Source: an uncultured Christensenella sp.
GTDB lineage: Bacteria; Bacillota; Clostridia; Christensenellales; Pumilibacteraceae
Direction of reading: 5' to 3'
Length of the DNA stretch: 64,000 nt
NCBI GenBank assembly: GCA_949948895.1
Contig: CATLHE010000005.1
Span: forward strand, 2,306-66,305
Below, piece after piece: positions 32,159 to 40,824 of the stretch (positions are counted from its first letter, which is position 1; each line of letters opens with the position of its first letter). The notes under the pieces are model-generated. The model was not told where the DNA came from, searched no databases, and saw only the letters and a program-made list of their open reading frames with translations. A program made the position numbers and the translations under genes.

Positions 32159-33733
32159 ATGATAAAAAACGAACGCGGGATCTATTATATCACGTGCGGC
32201 GGCGCGTGCTACATAATGCGGGAAGAGCGCGGCGCGCTCTATAACGTATGCTTCGGCAAGCGCGTCGAGTACGAGGACGATATGTCCGTGCTCATGACAA
32301 GCCCGACGCCGGAGCTAGCCGGCGACGATATTTCGGTCAAGCGCGGCGGGAAAAAACTCGAACTCGCGCTCACCGTCGCGGGCAGTAAAGTTGTGCAAAA
32401 ACCGGAGGCGGAGCTCCCGACGCTGAGGGGCGAAAAAACGCTCGCGGTCGCATTGGAAGACAAGAAGTCGGGTATTGCGGCGGAGATTTTGTACACGCCG
32501 TATTCGCGCGGCGGGATCGCAAAACGCGTGCGCATTGTGAACACCGCCGATACTCCGCTCACCGTTGAGCGGCTCGCCGTGAGCGCGGCTATGCCGTGCG
32601 ATACGGTTTGCGGCGAGTACGGGCTGTGGACGGCAGCGATGCCGCAAGGCGAGTATGCCGCATTCCCACTATTCTTTTACGAGCGGTTGTCTTATAAAGA
32701 CGGACGCGCTACGCTCGCGGCTATCGATAAAAAAACTATGGGCAAGAGCATCACGCTTGCCGCGGGCGAAGCGCTCACTTCGGCGGAGCTCGTGCTGTTG
32801 TATTCCTGCGGCGCGGCGGGCGCGACCGTGCGCGCGCTTCACGATATTATACGCGAGTACGCGATGTCGCCCGAAAAGTCGGGTAAGCGCAGGCCGATAG
32901 TATTGTACTGCGCTCTCCACGAAGACGGAGCGGCGTTTGACGCAACGGTCGCCGCGGCGTGCGAGACGGGTATGGACACGGTAGTGGTCGATTATGCCGC
33001 CGACGCCGAAAGCGGATTGATAAAAGCGGCGGAATGTGTGCATGCGCACGGGATCAAGTTCGGTTTGAGGATTGCGGTCGACGCTACGGCGAGCGGTGTG
33101 CGCGATATCATTAAAAAATGCGGCGCGGAATACCTGGAGTTTGCGTTTGACGGCGTTACCGATCATGCCGAAACGGTCAAGCTCTACGGCGCGTACGCGG
33201 CGTTCCGCAAGGAGTTTCCCGATATCGTATGCGACTTCACGGGCGTAAAGCACGGCGCGGGAAGCGCCGCTCTGCGTTCGCGCGCGGCGTTGCCGTTGCC
33301 GCTTGCCGCGGTGCGCAACGTAGTGACGCGCGACGGCGTCAAGTCGTCGTATAAGACCGAGTTTGATATAGCGACGCTCGGCGGGCTGGGGTATAGGCTC
33401 GATCCGTCCAAGCTGGATACAAACGCCAGACGGGCGGTGCGCGCTCAGATATTCAGTTATCAGGACGACGAGAGCGTCGTTATGAACGGCGACGTTTACG
33501 ATATAGAAAGCGGCGTAATGGTCGTGTCTAAAGACAAGTCCAAGGCGTACGCCGTGGCGACGGGCGACGTGCGGCTCGTCGGGCTCGACGAGCATAATCT
33601 GTACCGCGTGCGCGAGCTGGGTAAGACTTTTTCGGGCGCGGCGCTTGCGTACTACGGTATTCCGTACGACAAGAGCGCGGGCGGCGAGACCGTAACGTAT
33701 CATATCGGGCAGGTGGCGGACTATGAGCAGTGA
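32159..33733 (+). CDS. Degenerate GH36 alpha-galactosidase-like protein
   Basis: GH36 scaffold remnants (FGKRV, GIKFGL, GGLGY.LD, SKDKS.A, GLDE...YRV, FSGAAL.Y.GI), but catalytic-loop motifs unrecognisable and about 200 aa shorter than typical GH36. Confidence 0.65.
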   Translation: MIKNERGIYYITCGGACYIMREERGALYNVCFGKRVEYEDDMSVLMTSPTPELAGDDISVKRGGKKLELALTVAGSKVVQKPEAELPTLRGEKTLAVALEDKKSGIAAEILYTPYSRGGIAKRVRIVNTADTPLTVERLAVSAAMPCDTVCGEYGLWTAAMPQGEYAAFPLFFYERLSYKDGRATLAAIDKKTMGKSITLAAGEALTSAELVLLYSCGAAGATVRALHDIIREYAMSPEKSGKRRPIVLYCALHEDGAAFDATVAAACETGMDTVVVDYAADAESGLIKAAECVHAHGIKFGLRIAVDATASGVRDIIKKCGAEYLEFAFDGVTDHAETVKLYGAYAAFRKEFPDIVCDFTGVKHGAGSAALRSRAALPLPLAAVRNVVTRDGVKSSYKTEFDIATLGGLGYRLDPSKLDTNARRAVRAQIFSYQDDESVVMNGDVYDIESGVMVVSKDKSKAYAVATGDVRLVGLDEHNLYRVRELGKTFSGAALAYYGIPYDKSAGGETVTYHIGQVADYEQ

Positions 33734-34601
33734 TTTTTTTAAAGGCATCGTGCGGGTGCGCGTGCCCGCGACGAGCGCCAACCTCGGCGGCGGGTTCGAC
33801 TGTATGGGCTTGGCGCTCGGGATATACAACGAGATAGTTGTGGAAAAGTGCGACAAGCTGACCATTGTATCGGACGTTCCCGCGCCGACCGACGCGTCCA
33901 ATCTCATATATTCTTCGATGAACGCCGTGTTCGGTAAATACGGCAAAAAAGATATGCCCGTAAAGATAACGTCTAAGAGCGATATACCGCAGGCGAGCGG
34001 ACTTGGTAGCAGCGCCGCGTGTATAGTCGGCGGCGTGTGCGCGGCAAACGCCGTTTTGGGAAAGCCTATGAAAAAGGCGGATATCATCGATCTTTGTACC
34101 GAGCTCGACGGGCATCCCGACAACGTGCTGCCCGCGATAGTGGGCGGGGTCGCCGCGGGCTATATCAAGGACGACGGAAAAGTCGGCTATGTGCGTACTG
34201 CCGCGCCGAGCGGTTTGACGGTTGCCGTGGCAACGCCCGACTTTGCGCTCAAGACTTCGGACGCGCGCGCGGCGCTTCCCGATACGTATTCGCGTAAAGA
34301 CTGCGTGTATTCGCTGTCGCGCGCCGTCGTCACGTTCGGCGCGTTCGCGAGCGGGAATGTAGAGGCGCTCGAAGCGATAGGCGATAAGCTCCATCAGCCG
34401 TACCGCATTCCGCTTATAAAAGGTTATGCCGAAGTTGAGCGCGCGTTTAAAGCGAGCGGCGCGATAGCCGTGTGCGTATCGGGCGCGGGACCGACGGTGC
34501 TTGCGATCTTCGGGCAAGGTCAGGCAAAGAATATAACACTCCCGAAAGGCTGGACTCTTCGCACTCCCAAAGTAGACAACGTAGGCGTAATCGTTGAGTA
34601 A
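33723..34601 (+). CDS. thrB: Homoserine kinase
   Basis: VPATSANLGGGFDCMG, PQASGLGSSAA, GHPDNV, DKLHQPYR, SGAGPT. Confidence 0.95.
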   Translation: MSSDFFKGIVRVRVPATSANLGGGFDCMGLALGIYNEIVVEKCDKLTIVSDVPAPTDASNLIYSSMNAVFGKYGKKDMPVKITSKSDIPQASGLGSSAACIVGGVCAANAVLGKPMKKADIIDLCTELDGHPDNVLPAIVGGVAAGYIKDDGKVGYVRTAAPSGLTVAVATPDFALKTSDARAALPDTYSRKDCVYSLSRAVVTFGAFASGNVEALEAIGDKLHQPYRIPLIKGYAEVERAFKASGAIAVCVSGAGPTVLAIFGQGQAKNITLPKGWTLRTPKVDNVGVIVE

Positions 34602-34882
34602 GGGCGGGTAGTTTTTTAGTTGTTATAAATCCGATTTGTTATCGTTTGCTTCAAGCCAAAGGCTTGGATGTTTGTCGTGTGTGCACTCTGTCGAAAGAAT
34701 GACGGTACACTCGAATAAAATCAAAACAGTATCTTTATTACTTTGACAGTAATGTCAAGTAAAACAATCATATAGTCCGACGACGTTTATCTATAAACAA
34801 GCAGTAAATTTATGGATTGTACTGCGTTTGTCGGCGGCGATATGACGGACGAGACAGGCTGATTAAACAAATATAATTATTA

Positions 34883-34976
34883 TTCAATATATTGTGGCAA
34901 TTGTGGAAAATATTTTTCAAAAACCACAATATATTGTGTTAAAAGGCTTGACATGGTCATATAGCTGTGTTATACT
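34883..34976 (+). promoter_or_regulatory. nrdD promoter with NrdR boxes
   Basis: CAATATATTGTG at 34885-96, perfect palindrome CACAATATATTGTG at 34925-38; TTGACA (34948-53)-17-TATACT (34971-76). Confidence 0.8.
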
Positions 34977-35071
34977 GTGTTCACTTTGACGGTCGCGCAG
35001 GTAATGCACGCGATCGACGGCAAGAGACACGGGAGGACACCGATTTTGCCGCAGTAATGCTGCGGCGGAGG

Positions 35072-35375
35072 TAGGCAGGCGGGACTCGAACTCTGTGAGC
35101 CGTAGCGGGCTGATTTTGCCCGTTTCGGCGTCAGGCTTCGCTCGTAGTACTTCAAGTACAACTTCGCTCGCCTTCCTTGAATCGAGCTAAAATCGGCTTC
35201 ACTACGGCGCTTTGCGGTTTTGGCGGCATAGAAGCAAATAATAGCGGCGAAAGACGCGATGGGCGTAGCCCCATGCGCTACGTTCAAGCGGTTTTCGCCG
35301 ATAGTATGCAGTTTATATGCCGCCAAAACCTCGCGGGTTCGAGTCCCGCCTGCCTAAGTTGCCCCTAAGTTGCCC
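35072..35375. mobile_element. MITE-like / highly structured element in the nrdD leader
   Basis: Perfect 20-bp terminal inverted repeats 35072-91 / 35337-56, nested 15-bp IR 35216-30 / 35316-30, 11-bp tandem repeat 35354-75. Confidence 0.55.
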
Positions 35376-35434
35376 GTTATCGCCCTCGGTCGATATGTTT
35401 TATCTGAAAAGTGACGCAAATTCGGAGGTTATTC

Positions 35435-37822
35435 ATGTACAAAGTAGTCAAAAGAGACGGGAAGACGACGGAGTTTGACATATCCAAGATAAGTCATGCT
35501 ATACGTAAGGCGTTCGACGCGCAGGGCAAGCAATACAACGACGATATCATCGATCTTATTGCGCTTCGCGTCACGTCCGATTTTGCCGATAAGGTAAAGG
35601 GCGAGCGGGTAGCCGTTGAGGATATTCAGGACAGCGTCGAGCGCGTTCTCATTCAGGCGGGCTATGCGGATGTAGCCAAAGCGTACATTTTGTACCGCAA
35701 ACAGCGCGAAAAGATCCGCAACATGAAGTCCACCATACTTGACTACAAGGAACTCGTAGACAGCTACGTCAAGGCGTCCGACTGGCGCGTTAAGGAGAAC
35801 TCCACCGTTACGTATTCGGTGGGCGGACTCATTTTGTCCAACTCCGGCGCTATCACCGCCAACTATTGGCTGAGCGAGATATACGACGACGAGATAGCTC
35901 AGGCGCACCGTAACGCGGACGTGCATATCCACGATCTTTCGATGCTTACGGGTTACTGCGCGGGCTGGTCGCTTCGTCAGCTCATACAGGAAGGCTTGGG
36001 CGGCATACCCGGCAAGATCAGTTCGTCGCCCGCGAGCCATCTCGCGACGCTCTGCAACCAAATGGTCAACTTCCTCGGTATCATGCAAAACGAATGGGCG
36101 GGCGCGCAGGCGTTCTCGTCGTTCGACACTTATCTTGCGCCGTTTGTCAAAGTGGACAACCTCTCGTACGGCGAAGTCAAAAAGTGCATAGAGTCGTTTA
36201 TTTACGGCGTGAACACGCCGTCGCGCTGGGGCACGCAAGCGCCGTTTTCCAACATCACGCTCGACTGGACGTGCCCGCCCGACCTTGCCGAACAGCCCGC
36301 TATAGTGGGCGGCAAGCCGCAGGCGTTTAAGTACAAAGACTGCAAAAAAGAAATGGACATGGTCAACAAGGCGTTTATCGAGATAATGATCGAGGGCGAC
36401 GCCAACGGCCGCGGTTTCCAATATCCCATACCCACGTATTCCATAACTCGCGACTTCGATTGGACGGAGACCGAGAACAACAAGCTTCTTTTCGAGATGG
36501 CGGCTAAATACGGAACGCCGTACTTCTCCAACTATATCAACTCCGATATGGAGCCGTCGGACGTTCGCAGTATGTGCTGCCGTCTGCGTCTCGATCTTCG
36601 CGAGCTCCGCAAGAAATCGGGCGGCTTCTTCGGAAGCGGCGAGAGCACGGGCTCCGTCGGCGTCGTAACGCTCAATATGCCCAGACTCGCGTACCTTTCC
36701 GAGAACGAAGAAGAGTTCTTCACTCGTCTCGACAAGCTCATGGACATAGCGGCGCGCTCGCTCAAGATCAAGCGCGACATTATAACCAAGCTCATGAACG
36801 AGGGGCTGTATCCGTACACCAAGCGTTATCTCGGCACGTTCGACAACCACTTCTCGACGATAGGCCTCGTCGGTATGAACGAGGCGGGGCTCAACGCCAA
36901 ATGGCTTAGAGCAAACCTCACCGACCCGCGCGCTCAGGCGTTTGCGCAAAAAGTGCTCAACCACATGCGCGAGCGGCTCGTCATTTACCAAGAGCAGTAC
37001 GGCGATCTTTATAACCTCGAAGCGACTCCCGCCGAGTCCACGACGTACAGGCTCGCCAAGCACGACAAGGAGCGCTATCCCGATATCATCACTGCAAACG
37101 AGAACGGCACGCCGTACTACACCAACAGCTCGCACCTTCCCGTCGGCTATACCGAGGACGTGTTCTCGGCGCTCGACATTCAGGACGAACTGCAAACGCT
37201 GTATACCTCGGGTACCGTTTTCCACACCTTCCTCGGCGAGAAACTGCCCGATTGGAAGGCTGCCGCCAAGCTCGTGCGCACGGTCGCCGAAAACTACAAG
37301 CTCCCGTACTTCACGCTTTCGCCCACGTATTCGGTATGCCGCGATCACGGCTATATAGCGGGCGAGGTGTACGAGTGCCCCAAGTGCGGCAAAAAGACCG
37401 AGGTCAACAGCCGTATAACCGGTTACTACCGTCCCGTTCAGAACTGGAACGCCGGTAAGGAACAGGAGTTCAAGGACAGAAAAGTATACGACACGCAAAG
37501 ATATACCAAACCGCATCCGAGCGGAATCGAGCATATGTCGGACAGGGGTTGCCACGTAGAAGATCTTCCGCACGTAACGGGAGAAAAGCACTACTCGCTG
37601 TTTACCACGCCCACTTGCCCCAACTGCAAGGTAGCCATTCCCATGCTCAAAGACGCAGGGCTCGAAGTGGATATCATAAACGCCGTACAGGATCCCGCGG
37701 AAGCGACTAAGTACGGAGTAAAGCAAGCCCCCACTCTCGTTGTGAGCAACGGCGACGCGTTCGACAAGTATGCTGGCGTCGCGGCGATAAAAAGGTTTTT
37801 AGACGCAAATGCCAATAATTGA
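35435..37822 (+). CDS. nrdD: Anaerobic (class III) ribonucleoside-triphosphate reductase with ATP-cone and C-terminal glutaredoxin-like domain
   Basis: VVKRDG ATP-cone, HIHDL, SMCCRL, CPKC, SRITGYYRP glycyl loop, terminal TCPNCK..APTL; SD GGAGG before ATG 35435. Confidence 0.95.
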   Translation: MYKVVKRDGKTTEFDISKISHAIRKAFDAQGKQYNDDIIDLIALRVTSDFADKVKGERVAVEDIQDSVERVLIQAGYADVAKAYILYRKQREKIRNMKSTILDYKELVDSYVKASDWRVKENSTVTYSVGGLILSNSGAITANYWLSEIYDDEIAQAHRNADVHIHDLSMLTGYCAGWSLRQLIQEGLGGIPGKISSSPASHLATLCNQMVNFLGIMQNEWAGAQAFSSFDTYLAPFVKVDNLSYGEVKKCIESFIYGVNTPSRWGTQAPFSNITLDWTCPPDLAEQPAIVGGKPQAFKYKDCKKEMDMVNKAFIEIMIEGDANGRGFQYPIPTYSITRDFDWTETENNKLLFEMAAKYGTPYFSNYINSDMEPSDVRSMCCRLRLDLRELRKKSGGFFGSGESTGSVGVVTLNMPRLAYLSENEEEFFTRLDKLMDIAARSLKIKRDIITKLMNEGLYPYTKRYLGTFDNHFSTIGLVGMNEAGLNAKWLRANLTDPRAQAFAQKVLNHMRERLVIYQEQYGDLYNLEATPAESTTYRLAKHDKERYPDIITANENGTPYYTNSSHLPVGYTEDVFSALDIQDELQTLYTSGTVFHTFLGEKLPDWKAAAKLVRTVAENYKLPYFTLSPTYSVCRDHGYIAGEVYECPKCGKKTEVNSRITGYYRPVQNWNAGKEQEFKDRKVYDTQRYTKPHPSGIEHMSDRGCHVEDLPHVTGEKHYSLFTTPTCPNCKVAIPMLKDAGLEVDIINAVQDPAEATKYGVKQAPTLVVSNGDAFDKYAGVAAIKRFLDANANN

Positions 37823-38705
37823 TTTTGTAATAATAGGCGGTGGAACGGCGGGGCTTAGCGCCGCCGTTTACGCTTGCCGAGCGAATAAGTCCGTGCTCGT
37901 ATTGGAGCGCGAGGCGTTCGGCGGTCAGATAGTAGATGCGCCGACGGTGGAAAACTATCCCGGGATAAAGAGTGTCTCGGGCGCGGTGTTCGCGTCCGAC
38001 CTCTTCGACCAGGCGGAGGCGGCGGGCGCGCAGTTCAAGTGCGAGACCGTGACCAAAGTAGAGCGGCGCGGCGAGACCGTGTTCGTTACGACGGAGCGCG
38101 ACGAGTACGAAGCGCGCGCGGTCATTATCGCGGCGGGCTGCGAACATCGCAGGCTTGGGATATACGGCGAGGACATGCTCATCGGCGCGGGCATAAGCTA
38201 TTGCGCGCTGTGCGACGGCGCGTTCTTTAAGGATAAAACGGTCGCCGTAGTGGGCGGCGGCAACGCCGCGTTCGGCGACGCGCTATATCTTTCGGGCTTG
38301 GCTAAAATGGTGTACTTGATACATCGGCGCGACGGGTTCCGTGCCGAGCCGGCTATGGTCGAGCGGTGCAAAGCGCTCAATACCATAAGGTTTATCACCA
38401 ATGCGACGGTAGAAAAACTCATCGGCGACGAGGAGCTTAGCGGCGTTGAACTCAAAGTGAACGGCAAACCGCAAAAACTCGATATCGACGGACTGTTCGT
38501 CGCGATAGGGCAAAAGCCCGATAACGAAGCGTTCGGCGTCAAGCTCGACGGCGACGGATATATACTCGCCGGCGATTACTGCCGCACCAACGTAAAGGGC
38601 GTGTACGCCGCGGGCGACTGCCGCAGAAAAACGGTGCGTCAGCTCACGACAGCCGCCGCGGACGGCGCGGTCGCCGTGTCCATGGCGCTCGCAGACGTGT
38701 TTTAA
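37809..38705 (+). CDS. trxB: Thioredoxin-disulfide reductase
   Basis: IIGGGTAG, SYCALCDG, VVGGGNAA, YAAGDC; overlaps the nrdD end by 14 nt. Confidence 0.9.
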   Translation: MPIIDFVIIGGGTAGLSAAVYACRANKSVLVLEREAFGGQIVDAPTVENYPGIKSVSGAVFASDLFDQAEAAGAQFKCETVTKVERRGETVFVTTERDEYEARAVIIAAGCEHRRLGIYGEDMLIGAGISYCALCDGAFFKDKTVAVVGGGNAAFGDALYLSGLAKMVYLIHRRDGFRAEPAMVERCKALNTIRFITNATVEKLIGDEELSGVELKVNGKPQKLDIDGLFVAIGQKPDNEAFGVKLDGDGYILAGDYCRTNVKGVYAAGDCRRKTVRQLTTAAADGAVAVSMALADVF

Positions 38706-38881
38706 AATAAAAACCGTCGAAAGACGGTTGGCATAAAACGGTATTTAAAAAGATCTCCGATGAACGGGGATCTTTTATTATGTGACGTGTCGACGCTGCG
38801 GGGAAACAAATTAGATCGCGTATGTCCGTGCGTTTGGCGTCGAGCGACGAGTGATGCGCGTCGGGCGAGTGAATTAGGTTT

Positions 38882-39088
38882 TCAAAAATCGGAAGTGCCG
38901 AGCAGATAGTCGCATGACACGTCGAAGATCTTGCTTATCATAACAACGGTAGACAGATTCGGCTCGCCGGCGTTGTTTTCGTAGCGAGTATATGACTGTT
39001 GCCGAATGTTCAGCTTGTCCGCCATTTGTTGCTGCGTGTAGCCCGCCGCTATGCGCAGTTCTTTTAAACGTTTAGAAAAAACTTCCAT
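38882..39088 (-). CDS. XRE-family HTH regulator
   Basis: RLKELR..GYTQQQMADKLNI.QQSY.RYE....EP.L. Confidence 0.9.
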   Translation of the reverse strand: MEVFSKRLKELRIAAGYTQQQMADKLNIRQQSYTRYENNAGEPNLSTVVMISKIFDVSCDYLLGTSDF

Positions 39089-39105
39089 TTTCGACTCGAT
39101 TGTGT

Positions 39106-39160
39106 TTGCATTATACAGCGAATTGCTGTATAATATTTTGCGTACAGCAAAATGCTGTTA
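39106..39160. promoter_or_regulatory. Divergent promoters with two ACAGC-N5-GCTGT operators
   Basis: TTATACAGCGAATTGCTGTATAA (39111-33) and ACAGCAAAATGCTGT (39144-58); TTGCAT-17-TATAAT on the + strand. Confidence 0.75.
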
Positions 39161-39182
39161 AACGTAGAGGAGATAAATTGCT

Positions 39183-40748
39183 ATGAAAAAAATCTATAAG
39201 CGTATTGTATGTTTTACTGCGGCGGCGGTTCTCTCGTCAGTCGCTTTTACCGCGTGCGGCAACGGCAACGGTTCGTCGGAGCCCCAGCCCGATTACAATA
39301 ATATAGTTATAAGCGGATTAGAGGACGTTTTTATCGATAAGGATACCGAGACGTTCGATATCATGGACGGCGTGACTGCGACTTATAAATACGAAAACGG
39401 CAAAGAAGCATCGCTTGGCGACGAGCTTCGCGTCGTACTGCCCGAGCATGCCTCGGTCGACGACGGCAGGGTAACGTTCGACGCGTGCGGCGACTATGAA
39501 ATAAGCTATTACGTAAACGACGCGAAAGGGAATAATACCGTAGCAAAGCGGAGCGTCAAAGTTCGCAATATTTACAACTGTTATTGGATGTGCGCGACGC
39601 TGCCCGTACTGTACTGCGCGCTCGATATTGTTTCCAACGATTACAAGTCGATGCTGACTTTTACGCGCGCCGATACGCTGAACATAGACGAGCTGGACGA
39701 CGACAGGTTTCTATATAAGATAAACGGTGCGTCCAATGCCGATCTGCGCGAGGCGTGGCGCATGACGGCGCGCATCGCTTACGAGGACGAATGGAGCTAT
39801 TTCAGGCTGTTCATGACCGACGTTTACAGTCAAAGCGAAGTAATGTCCATGATGCGGTATAAGATCCCGAGTTCGCGTTACGAGGTCAAGCTCGTGTCCG
39901 ACGGCGGGTTTACGTACGGGTCGGCGTTTTCCGCGTACCGCGGCGAAAACACGTATTCGGCTTGGCAAGCCAATAAGAAGATCTACGATGCGGTGATCGA
40001 TAAAGCGTTGAGAAACGAGTTCACCGTCGTCGACGGCGATACGGGCAACGCGTATATAGAATATGGCGGCAAAAAGTTCGGCACGGACGTTGCGGACGGG
40101 AGTCTTGCGCGAATGGGTATAATGGCGGCTCAGCGCGACAACGTCGAGCTGTGGTGCAATTATCCAGAAACGCTCGTAAGCGCCGATCCGAAAGTTATGG
40201 CGGAAGTGAAAAAGGCGCACATGCCCAAAATGTCGCCTAAGGACATGTATGCGAATTTGACCGACGCGCAAAAAGAAAAGTTTTTGGCGCTGTGCAATTT
40301 TGACAAAGCCGAATTCGACGAGCAGTACTTTGCAGAGGAAGGGAAGTATTTGATAATCACAGGCACCAACGGCTTTACGGGCTCGCTCACCGATGCGGAG
40401 TTTGCCGACGTTTTGAGCCGCATTATCGAAGACTACGACGGATACAATATTTTATACAAACCGCATCCGAAAGCCTTGGAGCCTACCGATTCGATGCCGC
40501 AGACGGCGGCGGTCATCGCCGACAATAATATCAAAATTTTGCCGGGACGGTTGCCCATGGAGATAATTTCGTGGGTGTACGGTGACGTCGAGCTCGGCGG
40601 GTTCGATTCGTCGCTGTATATGGCGGTACCGCAGGGCAATACCAAGTTCTTTATTTGTAACGGTAAAGACGCACTTTCGGAAATATCCAAACAGCTCTAT
40701 AACGACGGCGCGTTCGGCTCGCCCGAGTTTTATTGGAAAGCAGCATAA
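39183..40748 (+). CDS. Lipoprotein: Ig-like domain + GT80 sialyltransferase-like domain
   Basis: Lipobox FTAC; Ig-like GVTA...G.Y.I.Y.V.D..GN; ATLP, VSDGG, LYKPHP, LPMEII, GGFDSSLY resemble GT80 ASLP, YDDGS, FKGHP, IPFEVL, AGIASSLY. Confidence 0.65.
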   Translation: MKKIYKRIVCFTAAAVLSSVAFTACGNGNGSSEPQPDYNNIVISGLEDVFIDKDTETFDIMDGVTATYKYENGKEASLGDELRVVLPEHASVDDGRVTFDACGDYEISYYVNDAKGNNTVAKRSVKVRNIYNCYWMCATLPVLYCALDIVSNDYKSMLTFTRADTLNIDELDDDRFLYKINGASNADLREAWRMTARIAYEDEWSYFRLFMTDVYSQSEVMSMMRYKIPSSRYEVKLVSDGGFTYGSAFSAYRGENTYSAWQANKKIYDAVIDKALRNEFTVVDGDTGNAYIEYGGKKFGTDVADGSLARMGIMAAQRDNVELWCNYPETLVSADPKVMAEVKKAHMPKMSPKDMYANLTDAQKEKFLALCNFDKAEFDEQYFAEEGKYLIITGTNGFTGSLTDAEFADVLSRIIEDYDGYNILYKPHPKALEPTDSMPQTAAVIADNNIKILPGRLPMEIISWVYGDVELGGFDSSLYMAVPQGNTKFFICNGKDALSEISKQLYNDGAFGSPEFYWKAA

Positions 40749-40824
40749 GCCGATCAAAGAGTACGACCCTAAAACGACGGAACGGAATACGCCCGCTCCG
40801 TCGTTTTTTGGTTTTTAGTGAGTG

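Noticed and set aside
35280-35360. tRNA gene (perfect T-arm GCGGG-TTCGAGT-CCCGC)
   Set aside because: No D-arm, anticodon arm or matching 5' acceptor strand at tRNA spacing on either strand
34983-35434. Cobalamin riboswitch upstream of nrdD
   Set aside because: Core B12-element motifs (AGGGAA, GCCCCCGC.ACTGT) were not found
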